The position numbers and the translations under genes were made by a program. The notes beneath the pieces were generated by a model that saw only the letters and a list, made by a program, of their open reading frames with translations, was not told the origin of the DNA and searched no databases. From contig CAZPUR010000005.1 of NCBI GenBank assembly GCA_964589815.1, forward strand, positions 7,472 through 71,471: a stretch of DNA of 64,000 bases, read 5' to 3'. Below are positions 13,050 to 23,472 of this stretch, piece after piece. Origin of the DNA: an uncultured Pseudomonadales bacterium. GTDB lineage: Bacteria > Patescibacteriota > Microgenomatia > UBA1400. Numbering within the stretch: position 1 is the stretch's first letter; each line of letters begins with the position of its first letter.

Positions 13050-14180
13050 TCATAATTTCAAATTCAATTTTTTTCCGCAAAATTTACACTTGTTTTTACC
13101 CGCCTTTTGGCGAGACAGGTCCACTCCCACTATCTCTGGTTGCCAAGCAGTTCTTCTAATGACTAATTTATTACATTTAGGGCAATAAGTATCGCCCACA
13201 GCAAATAATTCCTCACCCCATTTTTTGGGTGGCGCCCAAACATAAACATGCTTTAGACCTGCTTTTTTTCCAATCTCGTAGGCTTTTTGCAAAGTTTTCA
13301 TCGGTGTATCTGGTAATTTCTGGAAATCTTTATCAGGGGCTAAACCCGGATCAAAACGAGATAAATGCCAAGGAATCTCCGACCCAAGTTTTTTAACCAC
13401 CCAATTGGCTATCTCTTTTAATTCTTTCTCCGAATCATTAATGGTCGGGATTACTAAGGTGGTTAATTCTGTAAAGATTTTATATTTTTTAACCACTAAT
13501 TCTGTCATGGCTAAAATTTGACCAAAAAAAGCTCCCATTTTAGCATAGGTCTGGGGGTAAAATCCCTTAATATCAATGTTGGTCGCGTCAATCACCGGCG
13601 CTAAAAATTCTAAGCATTCTTGAGACCAAGAACCATTGGTGACAAAAACTGTATATAAGCCTTTCTTTTTAGCCAGTTTAGCGCAATTAAATACATATTC
13701 TGGCCAAATTGAAGGTTCATTATAAGTAAAAGCAATGCCGGGAATATTTTTTTGAAGCGCCAGCTTAACTATTTCTTCTGGACTAGTATAGTTAACTTTC
13801 GAACTTGATGAACTTGATGAACTTATTAACTCCTGCAAAATCGTTTTTGCAGGTCCACCCCAAGAACAATGGCTATTCAAACACTGCTTGCAACGGTAAT
13901 TACAACCATAAGAACCAATAGATAAAACTTGAGTTCCAGGATAAAAGTGGTATAAAGGTTTTTTTTCAATCGGATCAATTTGAATGCCGTTCAAAATTCC
14001 ATAAGTTAGAGCATAAAGCTGGCCTTTTTGATTTATGGTGTAATTTTTAATTACACCATTGAGCCTTGTTTGGCAAAAGCCAACCTGACCATCACTAATT
14101 TGACAGTAACGCTGACAGGTTAAGCATTGGACTTTTTGACTTTTCAGTCTTTTAAACAAACTTGAATTGGCTTCTTTCAT
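13050..14180 (-). CDS. AmmeMemoRadiSam-type radical SAM enzyme (PFL-activase-like)
   Basis: DPIEKKPLYHFYPG, CNYRCKQC, FTYNEP, NIDIKGF, C-terminal CPKC/CKFC. Confidence 0.9.
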   Translation of the reverse strand: MKEANSSLFKRLKSQKVQCLTCQRYCQISDGQVGFCQTRLNGVIKNYTINQKGQLYALTYGILNGIQIDPIEKKPLYHFYPGTQVLSIGSYGCNYRCKQCLNSHCSWGGPAKTILQELISSSSSSSSKVNYTSPEEIVKLALQKNIPGIAFTYNEPSIWPEYVFNCAKLAKKKGLYTVFVTNGSWSQECLEFLAPVIDATNIDIKGFYPQTYAKMGAFFGQILAMTELVVKKYKIFTELTTLVIPTINDSEKELKEIANWVVKKLGSEIPWHLSRFDPGLAPDKDFQKLPDTPMKTLQKAYEIGKKAGLKHVYVWAPPKKWGEELFAVGDTYCPKCNKLVIRRTAWQPEIVGVDLSRQKAGKNKCKFCGKKLNLKL

Positions 14181-14195
14181 TGTTGTATTATTATA

Positions 14196-15104
14196 TTAAT
14201 ACAATTGTTTGGTTTGCTTCAACTTTTGTTTATATCTTTTAAGGATTAATGAAGCCTGATTCCCGGGATGAAAAAAAGCAAAATGCGGGGAAATATCCTC
14301 GCTAGTCCTTTTTGATTTCATATATTTTAATTGTAATTGGTAAGCTAATTTTTCTAGAAACAAGAGCATCGAACTTAGAGCCTTGGACTCAGGTCTTCTT
14401 GAAGATTTTGATATAATCCCTTGGTTCTTTATTCTAGGTTCTAGGTTCTGAATTCCATTCGGAAGATATTTCTTTACCCACCTATTCGTCCATAAAAATC
14501 TTTCGTAACTATTATTTCGATCAAATATTGGTTTCATCTGGCAGATTTCATGAGCTGTAAAAAGATTTTTTTTAGCCTGAGCTTGTTGAAAGGTCGTTTC
14601 GTCTAAAAACATATTTAAACAAATTTTGTCTTTTATATCTTTAACCTTTTTCGCCTTTGGCCTTCTTCTTTTCCCTAATATTTCCAGAAAAATTATCATT
14701 AAAAATCTGGTTAACCAAGGTCTATCCTGATCAGTAATAATGAGAAAGTCAATGTCATCTTCTTCGCAAGCGTTACTCATGGCTAAAGCGCCGGTAATGC
14801 CAATCATTTTGACCCAAGGAATAAATCTTAAAAGTTTTGCCAGTTTTTTGGCTTTTTTAAGTTTCTCCTGGCTGTATTTTTCTCTTTTTTGCCTTATCTC
14901 AATTATTTCCTCTCTGTTTGGAAGAAAATAAAAGTTATCCTTTATAAAAACTTTTTGTTTCCGAATTAAATCATCCAAATAATTTTGAATTTTGAATTTT
15001 GAATTTAGCAAAAGAAATTTCCAAATTTCTTTTTGCGTTAGTGGATAATCAAAAATATCATGATAAACCAAAGTCTTTAGGATAGAATTTTGAAGCTTGT
15101 TCAT
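14196..15104 (-). CDS. Nucleotidyltransferase-like protein
   Basis: GITGALAM...DDIDFLII resembles the pol-beta NTase motif. Confidence 0.65.
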   Translation of the reverse strand: MNKLQNSILKTLVYHDIFDYPLTQKEIWKFLLLNSKFKIQNYLDDLIRKQKVFIKDNFYFLPNREEIIEIRQKREKYSQEKLKKAKKLAKLLRFIPWVKMIGITGALAMSNACEEDDIDFLIITDQDRPWLTRFLMIIFLEILGKRRRPKAKKVKDIKDKICLNMFLDETTFQQAQAKKNLFTAHEICQMKPIFDRNNSYERFLWTNRWVKKYLPNGIQNLEPRIKNQGIISKSSRRPESKALSSMLLFLEKLAYQLQLKYMKSKRTSEDISPHFAFFHPGNQASLILKRYKQKLKQTKQLY

Positions 15105-16630
15105 TTAGTTCCATATTGAGTTAAAACCTGACTTACTCCTTGGCTGGCGGTTCCTAGAGCTTTTGATACACTAGTACCTGAGTTAACGCTATTGACTGCA
15201 TCCTCAAAATATTTGATGATTCTATCATTAATACCATTGTCATGAGTGGCAGAACACATATACCAAGTTTGGGCATATTCTCCTTGTTTAACTACGGCTC
15301 CAACAATAGGGTCATCTTCTAACTGGGAAGCCAACTCTTTTAAAGGATAAGGTTCACCAAAAACCCTAATTTTACTAGCTTGCGCGTAAAAAGTCTGTAA
15401 AGTTTCTTTATCAATAAGATATTGTAAAAAATCCCAAGCCGCCGCACTATGCTGGTTTTGGTTAGAAACTCCTTCTACCCAAAAACTGGCCCAAGCTATT
15501 TGGGTGCCAGGCAATTGAGGCATGGCGGCGGTGGCAAACTCAAGATCAGGATTAATCTGTTTAATCTCATGGCTCCGCCAAGAAGGAGCAAAAATGATGG
15601 CTACTTTTTCCTGAGCAAAAGCATAAACAGAATTAGGAAAGGTTTCATCCCAAACTCTGTCTCGACTGTAAAATAGAGTATAGAATTTTAAGGCATCTTC
15701 AGCTAAATTACCGGTAGGATTTTTTAAATCCACTCCATTTTGCAACATCATCAAGCCTAAAATATCAGAAAAGTGGTCAACGTTATCAGCTGTTCCCAAA
15801 GCTACTCCCGCCACCTTAATTTTAACCCCCGGTTTACACTCTTTGTCCTTGGTATCAGCGACGCAAAGTTCTTTAGCTGTTCGTTGTAATTCATCCCAAG
15901 TGTTGGGAAAAGTTTTACCTGCCTCTTTTAAAATTTTGGCATTATAATACAAAACTAAATCATCAAAACCTAAAGGTACTCCAAAAATCTGGTCTCCTAT
16001 TTGCAGTTGTTCTTTTGCTACTGGGTAAAAATTCTCTTCCAATTTAATTTGGGAAGAAACTGTCTTGGGAGCAGGACTTAATTCGTTTTTTAACATCGGT
16101 ATCCAGGTGATGTGATAGCGGAAAATATCTGGTCCCTCTCCTTTGGCTAAAGCAGACTGGAGCCTCTCCCGGTAGTCTCTGTAAGACTGCTGCACATAGT
16201 CAATTTTTATTTGAGGATTCAGTTCTTGATACTTATCTATTAAGGGCTGTATTATTTCTTTTGACTCCCATAAGCCCCAATAGGTTAAAGTGATGCTCTC
16301 TTTTAAATCGGTAGATTCATCTTCTTTATTTTGGTTGATAGAAGGCAAAACTACCCTGGTAATCAATAAAAATATACCTCCTATTAGAACCAGCAATAAA
16401 AGTAAAGGAATTAGTTTGGCAAAAGGCGATTTTTTTACTGCTGCTGGAGGACTGGGTGATTCTTTCGGCGTAACTGGCGGCTGAGATGGCTGAGACGGCG
16501 GTGCTGATGGAGTAGTTTGAGCCGAAGCGGAAACCCAGGGAGGGACTGGCTGACCTGTCACGGATGACCCTTGTTGGTCAGTAACACCTGGTAAAGCTGA
16601 AATTTGATTTGAATCGGACTGGCTTTCCAT
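15101..16630 (-). CDS. Membrane-anchored extracellular solute-binding protein (family 1, sugar type)
   Basis: Pro-rich N-terminus, TM, ITLTYWG, GEGPDIF, LYYN, AAWDFLQYL. Confidence 0.85.
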   Translation of the reverse strand: MESQSDSNQISALPGVTDQQGSSVTGQPVPPWVSASAQTTPSAPPSQPSQPPVTPKESPSPPAAVKKSPFAKLIPLLLLLVLIGGIFLLITRVVLPSINQNKEDESTDLKESITLTYWGLWESKEIIQPLIDKYQELNPQIKIDYVQQSYRDYRERLQSALAKGEGPDIFRYHITWIPMLKNELSPAPKTVSSQIKLEENFYPVAKEQLQIGDQIFGVPLGFDDLVLYYNAKILKEAGKTFPNTWDELQRTAKELCVADTKDKECKPGVKIKVAGVALGTADNVDHFSDILGLMMLQNGVDLKNPTGNLAEDALKFYTLFYSRDRVWDETFPNSVYAFAQEKVAIIFAPSWRSHEIKQINPDLEFATAAMPQLPGTQIAWASFWVEGVSNQNQHSAAAWDFLQYLIDKETLQTFYAQASKIRVFGEPYPLKELASQLEDDPIVGAVVKQGEYAQTWYMCSATHDNGINDRIIKYFEDAVNSVNSGTSVSKALGTASQGVSQVLTQYGTK

Positions 16631-16644
16631 GATATTTTAAAATT

Positions 16645-18450
16645 ATGAAAAAAAGTTCTAAAAAATCCACTGGACGAAAACAATCTAAAACTATCATACA
16701 AAAACTTCCCAAGTGGTTGCAAGTTGGCTTGACTATTTTTCTTATCTTTTTATTACTCACCCTCTTGTTAATCTCTATTTTTGAAGTAGTTTTTTTTAAG
16801 AAAATTTATCCCGGAGTAAAAACACTCAATCTTGACTTAGGAGGAAAAACAAAAGTTCAAGCAGAAGAAATTTTAAAAAAAACTACTTTAGAACAAAAAG
16901 AGATTTTACAATTTAATTTTGAAGACCAAAGCTGGAAAGTAAAACTCGCCAATTTAAATTTTAAATACTTACCCTATAAAACAGTGGAAAAAGCCTTTGG
17001 TATTGGCCGGTCTAGCAATCTCATAAAGAATCTTTGCCAACAAGGTTATAGTTTGGTTAGAGGAGTTAATCTTAAGTTTGATTATCAAATCCACCAAGGC
17101 CTTTTAGAAACAGTCATCGCCACCATCAGCGCCCAAGTTAACACCCCGGCGATTCCTCCTTCTATCCAATTTGAAGAAGAAAATAATCAAACCTTAGTTA
17201 AAATCCAAAAAGGAGAATCTGGAAAACAACTGGAAACAGAAAAATTAAAACAAGAATTAGACCAGAAGCTAAGTAATTTATCTGAACCAGTGATTGAACT
17301 TCCCATGAAGCAACTTTTACCTGATATTAGTCAAGAACAGATAGAAGTGGTTAAGAATAGGGCAGAAAAATTATTAGGAAAAACCATCAATCTTTCTTAC
17401 CAAAAAAGCTCCTGGCAGTTAGAGCAAGCAGAGTTAATTAACTTTTTAAGTTTTTCTGATGAATATGACCAAGAGAAAATTGCCAGCTTTAGCGCCCAGC
17501 TGTCTTTGTCGGTTGATCGACCGCCGCAAAATGCTTTATTTAAATTTTCTAATGGTCGAGTAATCGAATTTAAACCCGCTAAGGAGGGTCAAACTCTAAA
17601 TCGGCAACAAACTCAAGACTCAATTGGTCAAGCTTTGGAAAGTTTGGAAAAGACCGAAGCCACCAAGATTAATATTGATTTGTCCGTTCAGCTGACTGAA
17701 CCTAAAATTGCCAATGAAGAGGTTAATGCTTTAGGTATCAAAGAGCTCATCGGTAGAGGAGAATCTTGGTTCCGCGGCTCAATTACTTCCCGTCTCCATA
17801 ATATTAAATTAGCTAGTACCAGTATTAATGGCCTTCTTGTTGCTCCAGGAGAAATTTTTTCTTTAAATAATGCTTTGGGTGATGTTTCGGAGCAAACAGG
17901 TTATCAAAAAGCCTGGATTATTAAGGAGGGAAGAACAGTTTTGGGTGATGGTGGCGGTGTCTGTCAAGTTTCCACCACTCTTTTCCGAGCGATTTTAAAT
18001 GCGGGTCTGCCGGTGATTGAACGCCGGGCCCATGCCTACCGTGTTTCTTATTATGAACAAAACTATCAAGTTGGGGTTGATGCCACTGTTTTTGCTCCCT
18101 CACCTGATTTGAAATTTAAAAATGACACTCCTGGCCATATTTTAATTCAAACTGATATTGACCCAGTTAACATGAAGGCCACCTATACCTTTTACGGTAC
18201 TAGTGACGGCCGCCAGGCCTATATTTCTCCTTCGCGCATTTGGGATCAAGTCCCGCCGCCGCCTGATTTATATCAGGACGACCCGACTTTGCCAGTCGGA
18301 ACAGTCAAACAAATTGATTGGGCTGCTTGGGGGGCAAAAACAGCTTTTGATTGGAAAGTAATCCGCGGCAACGAGGTTCTCCAAGAAAAAACTTTTTATT
18401 CCAATTACCAACCTTGGCAGGCAGTCTTTTTGCGCGGAACCAAACAATGA
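16645..18450 (+). CDS. VanW family protein with YoaR-like PG-binding repeats
   Basis: GGGVCQVSTTLFRA, DATVF, DLKFKNDT. Confidence 0.9.
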   Translation: MKKSSKKSTGRKQSKTIIQKLPKWLQVGLTIFLIFLLLTLLLISIFEVVFFKKIYPGVKTLNLDLGGKTKVQAEEILKKTTLEQKEILQFNFEDQSWKVKLANLNFKYLPYKTVEKAFGIGRSSNLIKNLCQQGYSLVRGVNLKFDYQIHQGLLETVIATISAQVNTPAIPPSIQFEEENNQTLVKIQKGESGKQLETEKLKQELDQKLSNLSEPVIELPMKQLLPDISQEQIEVVKNRAEKLLGKTINLSYQKSSWQLEQAELINFLSFSDEYDQEKIASFSAQLSLSVDRPPQNALFKFSNGRVIEFKPAKEGQTLNRQQTQDSIGQALESLEKTEATKINIDLSVQLTEPKIANEEVNALGIKELIGRGESWFRGSITSRLHNIKLASTSINGLLVAPGEIFSLNNALGDVSEQTGYQKAWIIKEGRTVLGDGGGVCQVSTTLFRAILNAGLPVIERRAHAYRVSYYEQNYQVGVDATVFAPSPDLKFKNDTPGHILIQTDIDPVNMKATYTFYGTSDGRQAYISPSRIWDQVPPPPDLYQDDPTLPVGTVKQIDWAAWGAKTAFDWKVIRGNEVLQEKTFYSNYQPWQAVFLRGTKQ

Positions 18451-19886
18451 AGCATAAAGGCTTTCCAGAAAAATTTTGGTTGTGGCTTTTCCTTACTTCT
18501 GTTTTCTTAATTTTTTTTCTTCCCGCCATTGATACTGATTTAGGCTGGCACCTAAGAGCTGGTGACTATTTTTTAGAAACAGGCAAATTATTGCTTAAAA
18601 ATAAATTAACGATTCTGCTTTTTGATCATTACTGGCCTCAGTCCTACACTTTCTATCAAATCTTAACTGCTTTAATATTTAGATTTTTTAAATTTTACGG
18701 TCTAAGTTTTTTCTATGCCTTAATATTGCTCAGCAGTTTTTATTTAATCTATTTAATCTTAGAAAAAAATCTCTATCAAACTGTAAGTTCATTTTTATTA
18801 ATCAGTCTTTTTTCTCTACCTGTATTTAGTCTTGGTTGGCGGGCCCAGCTATTTTCTTTTTTAGGCACTATTCTGGTTTTTTATTTGCTCAAGGCTAACA
18901 AAATTTTATTTTTACCCTTAGTTTTTCTATTTTGGACTAATTTTCATGGCGGATTTATTTTGGGCTTAATCATCTTTGCCCTTTATTTATTACTTCAATT
19001 GGTTAAACTGTTCAGCAGAAAGACCAACTTTAAGTCTTTCATAAAATCGCTCTTAGTTTTTCTATTTTCTCTTGCCACTACTTTGATTAACCCTTTTGGT
19101 TTTAAGGTTTGGTGGGAAACTTGTCTTCCTTTAAAAGTCTCTATGAAAAAAGTCATTACTGAATGGCTTCCGCCAATGTCTCTAATTTCACTATTAATTA
19201 TTGTTTTTTTTCTTCCTAGCATCTTATTGATTGCTCGAGAAAAAAAGAAAAGTTTTTGGCAATGGCTTTTGTTTATTTCTATTTTTCCTTTTTTTTATCT
19301 TAGTTTAACTGCCAGAAGAAACGTTCCTTTTTTCTTTTTAATCAGCTCGCTGATTATGTTTGGTTCTTCTTGGTTCAAAAAATGGCATCAAAATTTAAAT
19401 TTTTTAAGCTTTAACAGGGCCTTAATCATTTTGACTTTTGCTTGGGGATTTTTTATTCAACTACCCAAAACAATTATAATTAATAGCAGTTGGTCAAATT
19501 ATTGCCAGGCTAGAAAAAGTTTTCCTTTTCCTTGCCAAGCAGTCGAGTTTGTTCAACAAAATAAAATCAAAGGTAATTTTTATAACGCTTATGAATGGGG
19601 TGGATTTTTAGAATGGCAACTTAAGGATTCATTATTTTTTGTGGATGGCCGCATGCCGGCCTGGCCGACTGATTCAGGAAAAAGCCCTTATACCCTTTAT
19701 CTAGAGATTATCCAAGCTCAACCCGACTGGCAGAAAATCTTAGAAAAATATAAAATAAATTACCTCTTTATTGCTCAGGGTACTTTTTTAGATTTGGAGC
19801 TTAAAAATAATCCAAATCAATATCTTTGGCAAGAAATTTACCGCGATCAAAAAGCGGTGATTTATGAAAAAAAAGAAGAAGAATAA
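18447..19886 (+). CDS. Polytopic membrane protein, probable GT-C glycosyltransferase
   Basis: DTDLGWHL after first TM, WTNFHGGF, INPFG, WGGFL, FVDGR; ATGA overlap with vanW gives start 18447. Confidence 0.72.
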   Translation: MKHKGFPEKFWLWLFLTSVFLIFFLPAIDTDLGWHLRAGDYFLETGKLLLKNKLTILLFDHYWPQSYTFYQILTALIFRFFKFYGLSFFYALILLSSFYLIYLILEKNLYQTVSSFLLISLFSLPVFSLGWRAQLFSFLGTILVFYLLKANKILFLPLVFLFWTNFHGGFILGLIIFALYLLLQLVKLFSRKTNFKSFIKSLLVFLFSLATTLINPFGFKVWWETCLPLKVSMKKVITEWLPPMSLISLLIIVFFLPSILLIAREKKKSFWQWLLFISIFPFFYLSLTARRNVPFFFLISSLIMFGSSWFKKWHQNLNFLSFNRALIILTFAWGFFIQLPKTIIINSSWSNYCQARKSFPFPCQAVEFVQQNKIKGNFYNAYEWGGFLEWQLKDSLFFVDGRMPAWPTDSGKSPYTLYLEIIQAQPDWQKILEKYKINYLFIAQGTFLDLELKNNPNQYLWQEIYRDQKAVIYEKKEEE

Positions 19887-21318
19887 CAAAAGAATTATCA
19901 TTTTTAGCCTAACCGCTTTGTTCTTTTTATTGCTCATCAGCTATTTAGCTTTTATTTTTACCGTCGGCAAAAATTCATTTTCTTCAATCATCAATAATCA
20001 ACCTCAAAAATTTGCCAAAAATTTTAATTGCTGGAAAAAATTAACTCCTTTTTTAAGGAATTTTAATCAGCTTTTAGCTGATTTTGTGGGTCAAAATGAA
20101 AATAGGACTTATTTAGTTTTGCTCCAAAATAATTATGAGCTCAGGCCTAGCGGCGGTTTTATGGGTTCTTATGCAAAACTAAAATTTGAGAAGGCGGGTT
20201 TGGTTGAGTTTTTGGTTGAGGATATTTATGTCCCTGATGGCCAGTTAACTACTCATGTAGAACCGCCTTGGCCTATTCAAACTGCTTTTCAACAAGGTTT
20301 TTGGAAATTAAGAGATAGTAATTGGGAACCGGATTTTCCTACGGCGGTTGAAACTATTAACTGGTTTTTTGAAAAAGGCGGCGAGGAAAAAACAGATGGG
20401 ATCATGGCCCTAAATTTTTTGGTGATTAAAGACATCGTTAAAATTTTTGAACCAATTATTTTAACTGATTATAATCAACCAATTAAGGCTGATGATTTTT
20501 ATCAAATTACCCAAAAACACACAGAAAGAGATTTTTTTCCTGGTTCTAGGCAAAAAAAAGATTTTTTAACTGCCCTAAATAATCAATTAATGTTTAAAAT
20601 TAAAAATGCTAATTTTATCCAGCTCCTTCAATTAATTAAAGCATTGAAGAACAACCTGGCTGAAAAACAAATTCTTTTTAACTTTGGTAATCCTGGTTTA
20701 CAACAATATGTTACCGACCAAAATTGGGACGGTGGTTTAAAAAGAAAGTTCCAAGATTCAGATAAATATATTGCTGACTATCTATATATTGTTGATACCA
20801 ATTTAGGCTCAAATAAAGCCAATCTTTATATACAAAGACAAGTTGATCAGGAGTTAAATTTTGAAAATAATGTTTTAAAAAATAAAATAACCATTGATTA
20901 TTTTAACCAAAGTTTTCAGGAAAGACCAAATTATGAAGATTTTTGGGGCGGATTATATGAAAACTTTTTGCGGGTTTTAGTTCCTTTAGAAGCGGAAAAT
21001 ATCGAAATTAAAATTAATGGTCAACTTTTACAAAATAGAATTGAGATAAAAGAATATAAAGATAAAAAAATTAAATCAATTGGCTTTTTTGTTGAAGTCC
21101 CTCCCCTATCAGAAATTCAAATAGAAATTAAATACGAAAAAAAGGCAAATATTAACCGAATTGCTCCTGTTGGATATCTTTTAGAAATCCAAAAACAACC
21201 AGGCATTGTTTCTTACCCTCATATAATTAAAATTTCCTCTCAAAATCTGGAAACAACTAAAATCGTCAAAACTGACTCGGTTTTGAAGTTCAAGCTTAAA
21301 AGGGTAAATCTTCGTTAA
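19864..21318 (+). CDS. DUF4012-type membrane-anchored protein
   Basis: YLVLLQNNYELRPSGGFMGSY, RDSNWEPDFP, NLGSNKAN, QKQPG. Confidence 0.82.
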   Translation: MKKKKKNNKRIIIFSLTALFFLLLISYLAFIFTVGKNSFSSIINNQPQKFAKNFNCWKKLTPFLRNFNQLLADFVGQNENRTYLVLLQNNYELRPSGGFMGSYAKLKFEKAGLVEFLVEDIYVPDGQLTTHVEPPWPIQTAFQQGFWKLRDSNWEPDFPTAVETINWFFEKGGEEKTDGIMALNFLVIKDIVKIFEPIILTDYNQPIKADDFYQITQKHTERDFFPGSRQKKDFLTALNNQLMFKIKNANFIQLLQLIKALKNNLAEKQILFNFGNPGLQQYVTDQNWDGGLKRKFQDSDKYIADYLYIVDTNLGSNKANLYIQRQVDQELNFENNVLKNKITIDYFNQSFQERPNYEDFWGGLYENFLRVLVPLEAENIEIKINGQLLQNRIEIKEYKDKKIKSIGFFVEVPPLSEIQIEIKYEKKANINRIAPVGYLLEIQKQPGIVSYPHIIKISSQNLETTKIVKTDSVLKFKLKRVNLR

Positions 21319-22177
21319 GGTTTTCTTTAATCGGCTCCTGAATAAATTTAGCCACTTCTTTTTTAGCCGGGCAAAAAGTTCTAAATAAGCAGTATTGACA
21401 AAGCTTGCTTGGTTTAGGCGACCACTTTTTTTCTTTTTGAATCTTGGCAATCTTGGTTAAAATCATCGTTTTTATTTCGTCTGTTTCTTTTTTGGCTAAA
21501 TCAAATTCTTTAATATTGCCCGTAACCAAAAAATAAAAACTAGCCTTGTTAACTGGTAAATTAAAATTTAGTTCTGCCAGAAGTTTATAAAACTGCAATT
21601 GAAAGTCATCAAAATCTTCTCTTTTGCTGGTTTTGAAATCAACGATGGTCAAACTATTATCTTCATCTAAAATCAGATCAAACTTCCCAGAAACATCATA
21701 ATCATTACTAATTGGTTTAACTAGCTTTTTATAATCTTCAATTGAATTTTTTAAATCTTTAGTGGGTAAATAATTAATCGGTATTTCTTTGTCAAAAACT
21801 TTATTAAAATTAATCAGCATTTGTAGGGCGGATTGATAATTTTCCCTTTCTTCTTCTAGGGCTTTAAAACCTCCCCATTTGCCTAAAGGCGGCAATTTAT
21901 TAGCCATTACTTCTGACCGCCAGGTTAATTTAAGCTGTTCTTTTAAGTTTTCTAAGTTCTGTTTATCTATAGGTAAATGTAAAAATAAAGTAATGGCATC
22001 ATGAACTGAACGACCAATAATCTGAAAAGGCCAAATATTGGCTGGATCTCTTTTGAGTTGAGTTTTCATTTGGGAGTAAATCGGGTCAAGATATTCAAAA
22101 TGAAAAGCTTTGGGGCATTCTTCAAAACGCTTTAGTTTAGAAACAGAGTAAATCTTTGCAAAATTAATATTGTCCAT
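21296..22177 (-). CDS. PD-(D/E)XK nuclease (RecB/AddB/Cas4-like) with Fe-S cysteines
   Basis: S.SKL..FEECP, GKFD, IVDFKT, QLQFY, CQYCLFRTFCP. Confidence 0.87.
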   Translation of the reverse strand: MDNINFAKIYSVSKLKRFEECPKAFHFEYLDPIYSQMKTQLKRDPANIWPFQIIGRSVHDAITLFLHLPIDKQNLENLKEQLKLTWRSEVMANKLPPLGKWGGFKALEEERENYQSALQMLINFNKVFDKEIPINYLPTKDLKNSIEDYKKLVKPISNDYDVSGKFDLILDEDNSLTIVDFKTSKREDFDDFQLQFYKLLAELNFNLPVNKASFYFLVTGNIKEFDLAKKETDEIKTMILTKIAKIQKEKKWSPKPSKLCQYCLFRTFCPAKKEVAKFIQEPIKENLNEDLPF

Positions 22178-22296
22178 ATTGATGTCTGGTATACTTTAGT
22201 AATTTTTATTATACCAGCAAACCATTTAAATCAAATCATTTCCCCTACCAAAACTTGCATAAACAAGCTGGACTCCCTAGAATAATTTTTAAGTTT

Positions 22297-23472
22297 ATGT
22301 CTTTGAAGCAAAAATTAGCTTATCTGAAGCGCCATCCTGTTTATGTGAAGCTTCTTCTTTTGGGGCTTATTTTCTTTTTAACCTCAATTCTCTACCTATA
22401 TCTTAGGTCAAATCTCAAGCAAACAAAAGCAATTGAAGCCATCTTAGCCCAAACAAGTTTAAACCCACCTGAAGAAAAGCTTGATCTATTGGAACAGCCT
22501 CTGACTATCTTACTTCTGGGACTGGATAGTAGGCGGGGTGACCAAAGGCCTAGATGTGATGCCATCCATCTTGTGACTTTTTCTCCTCCAGAGGAGAAAA
22601 TTATCATTACTTCTGTGCCTCGGGGCATTCATGTTGATTTAGAAAATGTGGCTACCCCCAGCGCTTATCTGGGTAATTCTTGTCATATCAAGGGTATCGA
22701 TTACGCGGTGGCGGAAATAATCCGAATTACCAATCTTCATCCCGACCATATAATAAAAATAAATTTTTCTCAAGCTCTGGGGGTTTTGCGTATTTTGAAC
22801 ATCCCTACCACGCCTACACTCCAATTTTTAAGAGATCGGAAAAGTTATTACTGGGGTGATAACCAAAGAAGTCACAACCAGGCTCTTTTTATTAAAGACA
22901 TGATTCTCAATCATACTCACCAAGTGGCAAGTTTGCCAAAAACAATTAAAAAACTAGCTTTTAAAATGGTGGACACTGACAGTTTGGATTTTGAAACAGC
23001 CGATTCCATCCTCAATTGGGTGGTAAAAAATAATCTACCTCAAAAGCCTGATCAGATTGAATTAGTGACTAAACCCACACCGACTTATAAAATCAATGAT
23101 GTTCACTTTGAACAAAGCAAATTTGCCACTGAAAGTGCTTGGCAAAATGATAAAGATTTTCAAGCTTATCAGCAGGAGCTGGAAAGCTATCTTAAAAATT
23201 TAGTTGGTCAGGCAGAAAAATATCTTGATTCCGGCCAAAAAGACTCGGCTTTAAAACTTTTAAAAACTCCTTTCTCCCAACAACTCTGGTTGCAGCTGGA
23301 AAATGACCCACTAAGAAATCAGTTCCACCTTGCTCTCCTAAGACTTTATGTTTTAAGCTCCAAAGATAAAGACGAGGCTTCTATCTTGCTCTTGGATTTT
23401 ATAACAGAAATGGAAATGGTGAAGAGTGAAGAATTAAAAAAGCAAGCAGAAGAATTAATGAAAAGTCTTTAA
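22297..23472 (+). CDS. LCP (LytR-CpsA-Psr) family protein
   Basis: TM, then ILLLGLDSR...RCDAI...SVPRG, RSHNQ. Confidence 0.8.
   Translation: MSLKQKLAYLKRHPVYVKLLLLGLIFFLTSILYLYLRSNLKQTKAIEAILAQTSLNPPEEKLDLLEQPLTILLLGLDSRRGDQRPRCDAIHLVTFSPPEEKIIITSVPRGIHVDLENVATPSAYLGNSCHIKGIDYAVAEIIRITNLHPDHIIKINFSQALGVLRILNIPTTPTLQFLRDRKSYYWGDNQRSHNQALFIKDMILNHTHQVASLPKTIKKLAFKMVDTDSLDFETADSILNWVVKNNLPQKPDQIELVTKPTPTYKINDVHFEQSKFATESAWQNDKDFQAYQQELESYLKNLVGQAEKYLDSGQKDSALKLLKTPFSQQLWLQLENDPLRNQFHLALLRLYVLSSKDKDEASILLLDFITEMEMVKSEELKKQAEELMKSL

Noticed and set aside
21296-22177. Cas4-like nuclease as sign of a CRISPR system
   Set aside because: No repeat-spacer array or other cas genes in the window; solo PD-(D/E)XK nucleases are common.
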